Positions 1-12,600 of a stretch of DNA of 64,000 nucleotides are shown here, piece after piece. Location: assembly GCF_016432865.1 (NCBI RefSeq), contig NC_067401.1, positions 868,001 through 932,000 of the forward strand. The letters run 5' to 3'. Within the stretch, counting starts at the first letter, position 1; every line of letters starts with the position of its first letter. Position numbers and translations under genes: made by a program. This DNA comes from Antechinus flavipes. Lineage: Eukaryota. The notes under the pieces are model-generated. The model was not told the origin of the DNA and did not search any database. It was given only the letters and a program-made list of their open reading frames with translations.

Positions 1-538
1 ATGGTTTGTGGAATCGCTCCCCAATGCGGGATAAGCGGGGGCAGCTCTCCATTAACAGCTGGCAGGTGGGGGCCTCCCCGGAGGCTCCCTGAGGAAGGGA
101 CAGCTGTCCCTCTGTCACCCACTTTGGCTCCCTCCCTTCAGGTCTCAGCCATACTCCACTTACAGCCGAGGGTCCCATCTGCACCCTAGCCGGGTGTGCT
201 GTGTGCCTGCCACTTCCCCCATTACTTAGAGGGCTCCTTGGGGCCCCCGAGCTTGGTGCAGGACCGGGCACACAATGCTAACCTGGGCTCCCACCGCAGG
301 GCCTCTGCCCCGCTCCAACCAGAAGTTTCAGAAAGCCTCAGCCAAAGCCCTCGTGACTTCCTGGAGTCGGAGAAGGAGGGTGGCCAGGGAGGCCGATCAG
401 CGCCCCGTGGGCTCCCAGGACCCAAATACCATCCAGCCATTAGACAGTGGGGGCGGGGGAATCCCGGGGCCACTGAACTCTCTCTGGGCTCGGGACCCTG
501 GCCTTCCGGGCTGGTGGCACTTCTTCCGGGTCACTCAC

Positions 539-679
539 CTGCCAACATGCTCACTACTGAGAGCAGGATCTTCTCCACGCTCTGCACTGGGCTCCAGCGC
601 TCAGCACTGCTCTCGTAACCCATGGGGTCGTCTCCGGGGGCGTGCAGGATGGAGATGCAGACCCGCCCATCCGGGTAAA
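539..679 (-). CDS. UBE2G2: UBE2G2 coding exon 5 (141 nt; contains catalytic Cys89, codon at 659-657)
   Basis: TTTACAG|TTTAC acceptor, GCAG|GTGAGT donor; (I)[46 protein letters not shown]. Confidence 0.97.
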
Positions 680-3600
680 CTGTAAAGGGACCCAAACAGG
701 GGGGCCTTGACCCAAGCTGCAGTCAGAGCACGAGCGCCCGCGGGCAGAAACCGGCTGCTGTTTGCACAGCTGTGGCTGAGCATCCCAGTCACTCCCCGGT
801 GAGGCAGCTGCTGGGACTGGCACTGGCCCAGGCCCAGGGGCCCAGGGTCCCAGCGGGATCATCGCATAAAAAGGGAGTTGACTCGTGGGAGGAACCAGAG
901 CCAGAAAGGATGACATCCACAGAGCCCAGAGCCCCTCAGGACCCTCCCCTGGCCAATTCTACATGGGCCCATCTTGGCCAGAGTGGCTCGGCCCCATCCA
1001 CCTCCTGGGATCACCGGGGGTCACCACACCCAGGATGACCCCCGGAGAAGGGGGACAAAGGACAGGCAGACTGGAAAAATCTGAAAGCAGCTCAGACTGG
1101 GCTTCCTCTGAAATCCACTTGGGGCCCCAGAATGCCTCCCACTGCACTTATGCTGCCCCCAGCAGCCCCGGTCCTGAAAAGGCTGTGTGGGGGTGGCAGT
1201 GGGGAGAAGGGAGAAGGGGACCTGGAAGTCCTGGATTTAAAATCACCCTCTTCCTTAGGCCCCTCTTCTGTAAAATGGAACCCTGTAAGAAAATCGGTTA
1301 TGACATCACCCATTCCTGTAGCTTGAGCCTGAAGAGCATCGGCAACTCTGGGGGATCCCTCCCCACTTACAGCCATTTTGAAAATTTCAAAATAAACGAT
1401 AGCATCATATGTTTTTGTGACAATCGATGCTATTTTCTAGGACAAAAACGAACGAGAAGAGCAGCACGTGTTTCTTCTCCAGTTTTGCCCCTTCCACGTC
1501 TAGTACGGGGGATGCTTGTGTGGCGGGGTCTGCGTTCGATCCCTGCCCTATCACTTTCTGATTGAAGCGGAGAAGAAAAGGTGGGCGAGGGAGCAGCATT
1601 TGCACTGTCAGGTCACCCTCACAGCAGAGTGCAGACCTGGGGCCCAAGGGCCAGAGGCCCCGGCAGGGCCTGTCAAGGGCTGCACCAGGACCAGGCCCTC
1701 TCTCCCATCTCCATGGGGCAGGGGAAGCCCCAAGGCATCACAGTCACAGTTGTCAGAGGAAGGACCGCTATTGAAGGGAGTGCCCACGAGCTCACCAAAG
1801 AATCCACAGGAACCCTGGGACAATGATCGATGGCTCTGAACAAAGAGTCTTCGGGGGAGGGGAGCATTAGGAAAGAAGGCCTGTTTTTGACATGAGGAGA
1901 CCCAGAGCTAAGACGATGACTGTCACTGGAGAAGCCGGTCCTTCAGGCCATGCAGAAGCGGGGCAGGGCAGTTGCTAGCATGCCTTTATGAGGGGAGGGA
2001 GCACGGGGCCGCCCCGCCACTCGCATCGGCGGGGTCCGCTGCCGGCCCAGATCTCTCAGAAGCAGGTTTGGGAGGGCTCCGAGAAAAGAGGTGCAGAATT
2101 TGGGACACTAAAAGCCCCAAAGTCAGCCCGGAGAGACTGGAGAAACTGCTCAGAGCTGAGCACGCNNNNNNNNNNNNNNNNNNNNNNNNNNNNNNNNNNN
2201 NNNNNNNNNNNNNNNNNNNNNNNNNNNNNNNNNNNNNNNNNNNNNNNNNNNNNNNNNNNNNNNNNNNNNNNNNNNNNNNNNNNNNNNNNNNNNNNNNNCT
2301 CTCACAGATATTCTCTGTGCCTCCACAAGGAGGAGCCAGGGGACTCTCCCACGTTCTGACATCCGGCCCCCTGAGGACGGGCTCCGTACCATGAGGAGTT
2401 ACGGTCAATGACAGTATTCTTCTAGAAAGCCTCACTGTAACGGAGGCAGTTCTACACAAAAACAGGCGCCCTAAGGCCCCACTGGCGGAGTTGGGAGCCG
2501 GGCCCATCGTCCAGCCCGGTGGCGCCGCTGGCACGACCCATATCCCAGAGAGCAAAGGAAGCGGCGTCCGGCTGCGGCAGAACATGGTTTTGCCGTAAAA
2601 AATGCCGAGCAGGACAAAGCCGGGAACATGGCCCGCAAGAGGGCAGCAAGGGGAGACGGCCTGGCGCAAATTTACCCTAGCCCGACTCTAACCCCCAGGG
2701 CCTCCAGATGAAAAGGCTGGCCAGCCCCAGGGGAGTGGGCAGGGACCAAAGTGTCTTCTTCCTCTTCCTTTGTTTCCCAGTTTTCGCTACTTGGCCAACA
2801 AGGCAGTGTGTCTGGCAGAATTGAGATTCAATTGTCTTTTCAATGGGTAAGGGGCTAGAGAGAGAGCCTGGGACTGGCTCTGAACACTAAAATTACATCA
2901 CGAGGTGTTTTGGGGGGAGGCGGCTGCTGCCCCCCATTTCTGGTTAGCGAGACTCAGTATCGCCTCAGTTTCCACAGAACAGCAGGAATCCAAGCCCTGT
3001 TTCGAGGCTCCTATCTGGCGCGGGGAGCCCCAAAGGTGCCAGTCCCACCCTGCCCCCAGCCTCCTGCCTGGTCACTTACTGTTTGGGTGGAACATCTCAC
3101 AGGTGAACCTCATCTTCGGGGGGCTGAGTGGGTAGTCCAGGGGAAAGCTCAGGATCGCAGGGAAAACGCCAAACTCAAAACAGGTATCTTCTGGGCCCCT
3201 GCAGAAGAGATTCAAATGAGCCCTGTGGGCCCGACGCCTGGGGCCCCTCCCCCTGCACTCACTGGGACACATCCCCGAGGCAGGGAGCACCCTGTGGAGA
3301 AGCAGCTCCTGGAGAACAGGTGGGGAAAGTGGGCGGCGCAGAGCTCCTCCTCCCTTCGGCCCTATGTGGCCGGCTGTCCGGCCCGGGGTCTGGGCCAGTG
3401 CCCCATGTCCACTGCCATGCCCCTCCCCCCCAAACCAGACCAGGCGTGGGCAAGCTCCCTCCTACCAGGGTGTGCCCCACTCAGCCACTAGGACCACCCA
3501 CTGAGGAGCTCCTCACAGCCTCCCGGGTACGAGACAAACATCAAGGGCTGGCTGGGGTCCGGCCCCAGAAACTTCCTTCTCCCCTCCTCCTGTGCCTGAG

Positions 3601-6600
3601 GAACGGAAATCTCCAGTTCTGGCTCAGGCACCTCCTTCAGGAAGCCCTCCCTGACCCCAGGCACCCAGCATCTTCTCAGATCCCCCCAAGCCTGCGGGGG
3701 CAGGGACCTGCCACTCCCCCTGGCACCAGAAGACACTTAATAGATCCTTTCCCAGGCGCTGAGCCAAGCGCTTGGTGGGGGCAGACTGAGACTGGGGAGG
3801 GGGGGCTGCACCCCACGGGTCAGAAATGACACCCGGACTGATGGTGGGTGGGAGGGGCGCGTTGCAATGTCCCCAGTTACTTTTCAGGACTTCCGAAATG
3901 ATTTTTGCATGAAAGAAACCAAGTGCGCTTGTGAGGGCTGGCCCAGGCCTGGGACAGTCAGCCTTAGCAGAGGCGGGCAAGCCGGGACACGCAGGCCCCA
4001 CGCCAGCCGTGGCAGGCCCGAGAACGCGAGCAGCCACCCGAGAACGCCACCTCTACCTGCCCCGGACTCCTCCCGCCCAGGAGCCCCCCTTCCTGGGAAG
4101 GGTTCCTCCCAAGGCTGCTGGCTGCAACCCCAATGGAACGTCATCTGACCCATCATTTAGCGCAGCGACCAGCATGCACCAGGGCCCTGACAGAAGCACA
4201 CTGACTGGAGACTAGGACAGCCCCCCCAAAGGTGAGGGTGGTGGCTAAGGGAAGAGAGAATCAGGAGATGCCCAAGCTGATGGTGAGGGGACACCCACAT
4301 GGGGCAGCAGGAGCCCCAGGAGGCACCTGGAAGGCAGAAAATCAGGAAGGAGGATGGGGGGAGGGGGGGCATCTGCAGGACCCCCACAGGGTCCCAGGAA
4401 GGGGAGGGCAGTGGGGAAGAGAAGGGGGCATCGGCCTTTACCAGGCCATGCCTTCCCACCCCCTCACTAGACTGTGGGCTCCTGTTTGTTTGCCCAGCTG
4501 GCACACGGCAGGTCCTGGAAGCTTTGGAGAAAGCACCTGGGCTGGAGGGGGGGGTCACCGAGAGATCCTTGGGGGATGGCCCTGAGAAGGGGGCTGAAGG
4601 TGGCATGGGGCATCAGGCTCAGGGAACCTGAGCTGCAGGGGAGGGCAGAAGCAGAGCCCAGCAGGGGGCAGTGAGGGCCAGGCTCCCAGCAGCAGCCCAC
4701 TGCGCCCGAAGGCTCCTGGACCGGAGGCTCGCTCACAAGGAGAGCCCAGGCCTCAGGAGACCTGAGCCATCTCTGCTCTGCCAGCCCAGGCTCTCCCTCC
4801 TCCAAGCGGCAGCGGCACAGGCCTGGCCACAGTCCGGGAACGCCCCTACGGATGGCGCAGGAACATGGGCGAAGCCCACGGATACGATGCCCAGCACAGG
4901 GTCAGCCTGGGCAGGTGGACGGAGGGCAGGGGGCCACGGGAAGCCACCAGTCCCCACGTGAGCAGCTCGGGTCACTGAGACGGGGGCCTCGGACAGAGCC
5001 CAGTACTTGATGCAGCCCTGGAGACCCTCTGGTGACAGCTGGGCACTCTCAGGAAAATGGCACCTGCCTCCCAGGAGACAATCCTGTAAATCACAGCCCT
5101 TCCCTGGCCCTTGCCAGTCACGCCTGCAATAATCTGTGAGGGTCCCGAGGGACAGGCCGACCAGCACCCAGACGCCGGCGGCCCCGCTACCGGAGAGGTG
5201 GTCAGCGCGCCATTCAGCCTGGACGTCCCCGGGACCCTTTGGTGCAGAATGTGCGGCCCCTGGCCCAGCAGCTGCACACGGGGAGCCCCCCCGTACCCCA
5301 ACCAGCCAGTCAGGATGCGCTGACACACTCTGGAGAAAAGGGCCTGGGAGGGGCTCCCAGAGAGCACCAGGGTTTTCGGAAGGAGCACCGTGGGGTCATA
5401 ACAGCTCTTTGCATCAGCAAACAGTCTTTTCTTTTTGCCCTGATGCCCGGGGAGCCGATCCAGCGCCACCCGAGCCCCCCGACCCACAGCGTGTCAGACC
5501 CTGCCCACAGCATCGGGGGCCAGCTGCCAAAGTGCTCCGATGCCCAAGGAGGCGGCCAGGGAGGCCCCGCGTGTGCAGCAGCATGCCCGCCTCAAGCACG
5601 CCCACCCGCTCCGCCGCCTAAAAAACGGGCTCAGGCGGCCTCCAAGAGCAGCTCCCCAAGGCTTCGGCACATCTGCGCCGCCATCAGGGCCCCTCGGGAC
5701 GTGGAAATGGCCAAGATGCCATCCCCAGCACCCAGGCACCCTCAGCCCGGAGGTCCTGCTGGGGCCCGGCACACAGCAAGAGCCTCCTAATGCTGACAAA
5801 CTGCCAGATGCTCCTCTCTGCCCCCCCAAGAACCCCCCAGAACTCTGCAGACCAGCACAGGCAGCGGAACAGGGCCATGACTGTGAGGAGTCCACAAGTG
5901 CCCTGAGTGGGGCCCGGGGCTCAGCTCGGACCCAGAGCTCTTTCCCCAACAGAGCCTGCACCCTGAGAAAACAACACAGAGCGCACTGCAGGTCACGTGG
6001 GGGGAGGGGGGAGCACTTGGGCTGAGCCTGATCGAACGCTCGGAGGACGAGAAGGGCCTCCCAGGCACGGGGCACGGCCTGCACAAGGGCTCAGGGGCGG
6101 GAGATGAGATGTTTGCCTGCAATGAAGAGGACACGGGGACAGAGAGATGAGGAAAAGTCCAGAAAAGCGGAGGATCCAGATGATGATGATGATGGCGGAG
6201 GCCACGGGGGGCGGGGAGCATGCCAGCCCACTGGCCAACAACTCTCCGGGGTCTTGGGCACCACGAGCCTGGGGCACAGCTGGCTGGGGGAGAAGGGGGG
6301 GGGCGGGGTCCAGGGAGTATTTCTGCTGCTGTTTTCCTTCGCCCATGGCGAACTGTCTCAACTCTGCTCGGTAGAGACAGGCCGGGCTTCTTCCTGCGTC
6401 GGGTTTTACCAACTCCTCGTTGTCCGAGTCCAGCTCCCACAAGAGACCGAGCTCGTTCGGCCTCGAGGGCACTGCCCGCCCCCTGCCTGACCCTCTGCTC
6501 AAAGGGCACGGCCGGCTTCGGTCAGTCTCAGCCTCCACAGGAAATTGCTTTTAACACAAGCTTCTCAAAACCAGGAGGAAATTTCAGACAAAGCGGAGGC

Positions 6601-9600
6601 TCGGTGGGCCCGCGAGGTCCCCGTCTCCCACGCACAGAGTTTCAGGGATCACTGGGTCTCCCCCAACGCTCCCTCTGCCGCCCGTCACTTTGCTTTCCGT
6701 TGCCCAGTGACTCAGGCCTCCCAAGAGACCCCAATCTCAGGAAAGGGTCTCTACGGCCCAGGCCGAAAAGGTGACATAGAAAGCAGCATCTGGAAGCCCA
6801 TGCTGAATGCCCACAGGAACCTTGCTACTTCAGAGACCGAGTCCTCAAGCAGAACCGCGCAAGAACCACCAGAGCCCAACGAGCTGACGGGGGTCTGGGC
6901 CTTGCGTCTCTGCACCCCCAAAGGGCTGGGCACTCCCATAAAGGTCTCTCCCGAAGGCACCGTTCTCCAAGAGCGTGTGAAGGACGGATCCAGAGCAATG
7001 TCTCCTCCCTCCTCGGCCCCTCTCTCTGAAGCTGTGATTTCAAATGGGCTCAGCCTGGTCTCTCTGGGTCTGTTCTGACCCAAACTTCCAGACTCCTCTT
7101 CTCTTTGCAGCCGCTCAGGGGGCAGCATTGCTTGGACTCATCCCCAGGGAAACACTGACACAGAAGCAAACCTTCCAAGCTGACAGGCCCAGCAGACCCT
7201 GCGCGAGTGATCGCTCCTGCCCACCCGGACTCCATGGCCACCAAGCCTCCCGTCTGACCGGGACACTCCCTTTCTGGAGCCTGCCCGATCCTGATCGAAC
7301 CCTAGGGCTCCTGGGGACGTGGCTCGGTCAGCATCTGCTAAGGGGGGAGCTCTGCTAATAGGGATCTAAGAAGCCCCCCCCAAGCCCAGAGCCCAAGGGG
7401 TTGAGCCCGCCCGTTGGTTCTGCGGGAGTCCATTATATGGCCCGAACATTCCCTGACAGCCTATCTCTGCAGCCTATCTTTCAACACTTGATATGCATTT
7501 GGACAAAGTCCTGGGGAAGGGTGAGGGCGAGAACAGGGTGGGAGGCGGGCCCGGTCAGGCTGACAAAGACAGGGCCAGGAGGCAGGCTGGGCCTGGATGG
7601 GAAGCAAAGAGAGAGGCAGGAGGCAGGGCTCGCTGGGCCGCGGAAAGACAAAGAGAGGGGCTGAGCAGCCTCCAGGTGTCTGTCTGCCAACCAAAATCAG
7701 CGCAAGGACGGTTAATTCCCTAATAGTTGTTTTAAGTGCGTTTGTATTTGTAAAAGAACCTGGAATTCGCCCAAAACCCACACGCTCCCGGGGCGGGCAG
7801 GGGAATTCCGCCCTCACCAAGGCGTCCTCGGGCACCCAGCGCTCTGCCCAAAGCAGGGGAACTGCTTTTCCGAGGAGTCTGTGAAAGGTTGCTTTGACAA
7901 GCTTCCATCCACTTAAGCCCAGTCGTCCTGGCCTTCCCAGGGCTCTGGTGCAGGGATCTCTGGGGACACAGCAGAGGGTTTAACTGGTCCTTCCTCCAGC
8001 TGGGGATGTGGATATGCCAATGGGGAGTCGGTCCCCCGGTCATGGCTGGGCAGCAGAGGTTGGTTTCACAGCTGGAACATTCATAAACATCAAAGGAAAC
8101 GAAATTCCAATTGCCTAAAGTGAAAAGGCTGCTCAGCTTCACCTACAGACCTCCCGGCATGTGGACGGGACTCGCCGGCGCCAAGGCGGGCCGTCCTGAG
8201 GGCCGCAGTCACTTATATAGGCCACGGTGACCCAAAGGCTCCGGGACCCCCGGAGCGTTACCAGCTCTCCCACCCAAGATGACTTCATGCAACACTTACT
8301 AAGCAAGTGCTGGTGAGGTGCTGGGCACCATACAAAGCGCTGGGTTTTAAGGACAAAGGCCGTCCAAAGAAAGAAGATCCAGGGTTTGGGGAAGAAGGAG
8401 AGATCCAAGGGCAGGCCAGGAAGAAAGCCCTGAGGGCAGGGGTGCTGTCCCTCCGTCACTCTAAGCTTTGCTGCTGACAGTCAGGCCTTCGGAAGAGAAA
8501 AGCAGGTTCTACGTGCGAGGGAAATGCCCTGGTCTGGGGCTGCAGGGAAGGTGCATCCCGAGCAGGTGCAGACACTCTCCGAGAGGAGCTCGAGGTTTGG
8601 AGGAGGGGAGTGGCGCGGTCACACCCGGGCTCGCTCAGGACAGTCTGCGCGGAGCCAGGCGATGGTCTGCCGGGAGGGATGTGGCCTGATGTTGAAGACA
8701 CGGGCTGACAAAGGTCGTCCACTGGAGGGTCCAAGCCGACGACTCCTGGTCTGCCACCTTAAACTTGCCACCATGACCAAGCTGGCGACATGTGCGACAC
8801 AACCATCCGCACAAAGCTCGGCGCAAACTGCTGGGTATCCAGGCCAGGGCAATGGGAGGGAGAAATCAGCCGTCCTAAGCAACTTTTTAAATGAAGGTTA
8901 AATGCTTTCTTCACACGTGATTGGGAAAAAATAAATACTATTTTTAAAAAAAAGTCACTATGGTGGCAACTGATTAGAGAGGGAAGGTGGCAGGTGACGC
9001 CCAAGTGTGAGGACTCTGACCAATGCACGACCCACCCTGTCTCTGGAGGGCCCGGGGACAGCGAGACCCATCTATTTGGTCTCACTCACTGTGGCCGCTT
9101 TTGGCTCATTTGTTGCAAAGGGTCTTTTTTCCCCACTTTATCTCCTTGTTTTAACTGGAGGCAGGACGGGGAGCGGGCCACAGTGACGCCCCCAACAGGA
9201 CCAGAAGAGGCGTGAGCGCGGTCTGGGGGAGGGCGCTGACAAAGATGGCGGCCTGCAAAGTTCCATGGGGGCCCGATTGTAGCGTTCTCTAAAATATAAT
9301 CGTTCTCCGGGAGCAGGTCTCTTGGGGAGCTCCTGGAGGCAGCCTTCGTTTCGGTGTAATAACCACCTCAAAGGCAGCCAGGTTTTGTCCTTCCTTGGGC
9401 CCGTTGCTAGTCCTTTGGCTCTTCCAGCTTCAGTCTCTCTTCTCCCGACTCCTTCGTTCTGCCCGGCTGAGTCCTGGCTTCTCAATCTCCGCCACTGACT
9501 CCTGGCTGAGGCTCGTCCTTTTATACGCTCGTTTAGAGGTGCGGACTCAAAGGCCGACTCCTCCTCCAAGAGTGGGATTGTGGGGGCTGTGACTTGTGGA

Positions 9601-12600
9601 TCTCCCAGGGTGCCATCAATTCCCGTGACTCAGCACCTTGTAAGAACCCTAACCCCCGACCACAGCAAGCGGCCGGGAATGGAGGTAACAGCTCCATCTT
9701 CTCTGGGCCATGTGTATGACGGAGATCCAAATAAAAGAACTGAGAGGGAATGGGGGCTGGGAGAAGGGAGGGCGCGTCACAGGAATGAGACTTGAGGGGG
9801 CGAGCAAGGCAAGGGCGGAGGGGCCTGAGGGTGGGAGTTGGTCACTGGGAGGAGGGTGCAGGGTGGAAGACAGCCTGGGACCTGGTGATGGGGGACAGAA
9901 GCTGGGGAGGCTGGATCTCTGGCTGCAGGCAGGGCCCCTCTGCCCAGGGATGGTAACCGAGCCCCAGGAGCTGAGGGGCAGGAACGGGGGGGCCTGGGGC
10001 AGGGGGGGCAGGGGAAAGGGAGAGGGAGAGAGAAAAGGCGGGGAGAGAAGGCACTCTCTTGTCTTTAGCTCTCTCGCTGTCTCTATCCTCTCTCATTTCT
10101 CGCTTTCTCTGTTCTCTCTCCCTTTGCCTCTGCATCTCTCTATCTCTGTCTCCATTCCCCCCCACCCCCAACTTCACAAACCAATTACAAAGCTATGGAA
10201 AATAACGTTTCTCCAAAACCTCAGACTCCACAGAGCAGGGACCAGGATCCGACCTAAGCCTGTGACATCAGAGAAAAGCTTCCCGTGGCCAGTGCTTCCC
10301 TTGGAGACCTGTGGCCCCGGCCCGCCAGGCCCTTCTCCCTCCATCGGCTCCTCAAGTCTGCCCGCACTCACTTCTGCTGCTGCCCCCCTGCCGACCCCCC
10401 CGGCCTCGGGCCCCCCCAGCCACCTTCTCGCTGGGTGGCCGAGGTGCCGACGCTTCAGTGCTCGGCCTTCTGGAGGACGGCCTGACTCTGAGTGCTGACG
10501 GCTCGCATCTCCTTGCTGCCCAGGACTCCCTTACTGCCCGACTCACAACACTCCTGGGGAAACCGTCCCTGTGATCGCCCAGGGTCAGCAAGGCCAGCCT
10601 CCCCACCGAGCCAGAGCAGGGGGAGGCCGGGCGCACCAGCCGCGCCCTCCAAGCCCTTCTCGCCAACTCCCGGCCCCTCAGCCACCACCAGGCCCCGCTG
10701 CCCTCCATCCAGTCCCGTCTCCTTCCTGCCTCTTCTGAACTCCCCCCTCTGCCCCACACCCTTCTGTGGGCTGGAAGTGACTCCCAAAAATGCTCTTCTC
10801 AACGCAGACCCTCCTCGATCCTGAGCTTCCCCCCTTCTCTCCTCCCCAAGGTCTGGGGGCAGGGCTCTCTCGAGCCCCTTTTCTATGCCCAGGCCCAAGG
10901 AGCTGATCTTCCAAAACAGGAGACATGCACCCGCTTTATGCACGAAAACCACCAAATCCAAGTGGAACTAAAGGTGTCGAACACAAGGGAGTTTGGCACC
11001 CGAAGGGGCGGGGCGGGGAGGAGGGGGCAGCCTTGCCCACTGGGGAAGGGAAAGGCAGAGCTCGAGGCTCCAGGGACGGACGGCTCTGCAGAGGCTTCCA
11101 GCTCGGGTGCCCTGCAGCCTCTGCCCAAGTTCCCTGGGTTTCCTTCTCCTCTCTGAGTCTTCAGGACCTGGTGCAGGGAGACAGACACTGCATCCTGTGG
11201 GAGAAGGATGGTCCCCGCAGACAGCCCCAAGCCTAGGGTGCTCCTCAACAACCGTCTGCGGCAACTCTGGCAGGATGGACCCCGGGAGGTCCAGAATGGG
11301 CCTTCCCTCCGAAACCCAGGCTGTCAGCAACGCCCTCATCTTCAGCCGTCAGCAGGTGGCTCATTACCCGACCCGGCTGCAGCCTCCAGTGCTGCTGACC
11401 CCCCTAGCCCCCTTTAAAAGCCCTCCTGGTGGGCAGAATCGCGTAAGGCCCCAAGAGCTTCCAGACACAAAGTCTCACGGAGTTTGGGGCATTTCAGGAA
11501 GTCGGAGCAGGCCGGGCCGCTCCCTTGGCCCATCCTCCGGCCCCGCCAGCAAGCAGTCCAAAGGAGCCAGGCTGGCCCGGGGGGGCTCCTGCCATTGTCC
11601 CGTGACAGGCCTGAGTGAGGAGGGGACCCGGCTGCTCCTGCGAGACTCCAGAGGGCTCAGAACCCGGGGACACAGAGGCACCAGGTGCAGACAGGCTCGC
11701 TGAGAGGGAGGCTGAAGCTACAGGGGGATCTGGAAAAGTGTATGGGGGGGAACCCTTGAGGCTGTCTTGGCAAGGAGAAGGGGGGATGGTGAGGAAGAGG
11801 AGGACCCAGATCCAAGAGGCAGATGGTGAAGATCATGGGGGGGAATCAGGGCCAGAGACACAGCATGAAATGGAGGAAGATGGGGTGGGAGGCAGAAGCT
11901 CAGCCTGATGTCGTCCCTCTGGGGTCGCACGGGAGCCCAGGGCTCAGACCCTTTAAGGAGCCGGGGCTTGCCTTTCCCGGACTCACTCCCCCCCCCCCCT
12001 CCACCCCGGCCGGGCCCCTAACAAGGAAGTCGGAGGCCCCAGGTTAACTCACATGATCAAGGCTTCCCACTCAAAAAAGTTCTCTTCATTCATGGGCCCT
12101 GCAAGAGAAGGAGGGAGACCCCGCTTAGGGCTTCTTAGGGCCGCTCTGAGGTGGGGCAACCACGGGCAAGGAGAGGGTCTCAGGGTTCTTACCTGCCACG
12201 ATGCCCTCCGGGGGATTCAGCGTCAGTTCTACAAAAAGAACAAGAAAAACAGGGTCACTCCCTGCGGGGGCCGCCCAGGCAGCAGCACCTCCGGGGGATC
12301 CAGACCCCTCCCAAGAGGGCTTCCAGGGGTTGGGGTGGTGCCATCTGAGGCCTACCAACCTCCCCGGGCAACTTCGGGCCTTTCAAACACGCAGTGCCTG
12401 GGACTGCGGCATCAAACCCCCAGTCCCAAAGACCAGAGTGTCCCGCTCCCAGCCCCCTCCCCTTTACGCTCTGCCTCTCCCTCTCAAACATGGAAGCCCC
12501 TGTTGTTTCTTCCAAGTATTTGGAATCTTGGTGCTCAGTTAGTGCACAGCCTGGCACACAGAGGGCGTCTGATAAATGCTCTCCCCACTAGACAGATGGT

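Noticed and set aside
6300-6900. Possible additional very decayed LINE fragment in UBE2G2 intron 3
   Set aside because: Resemblance to L1 ORF2 too weak to call without an alignment
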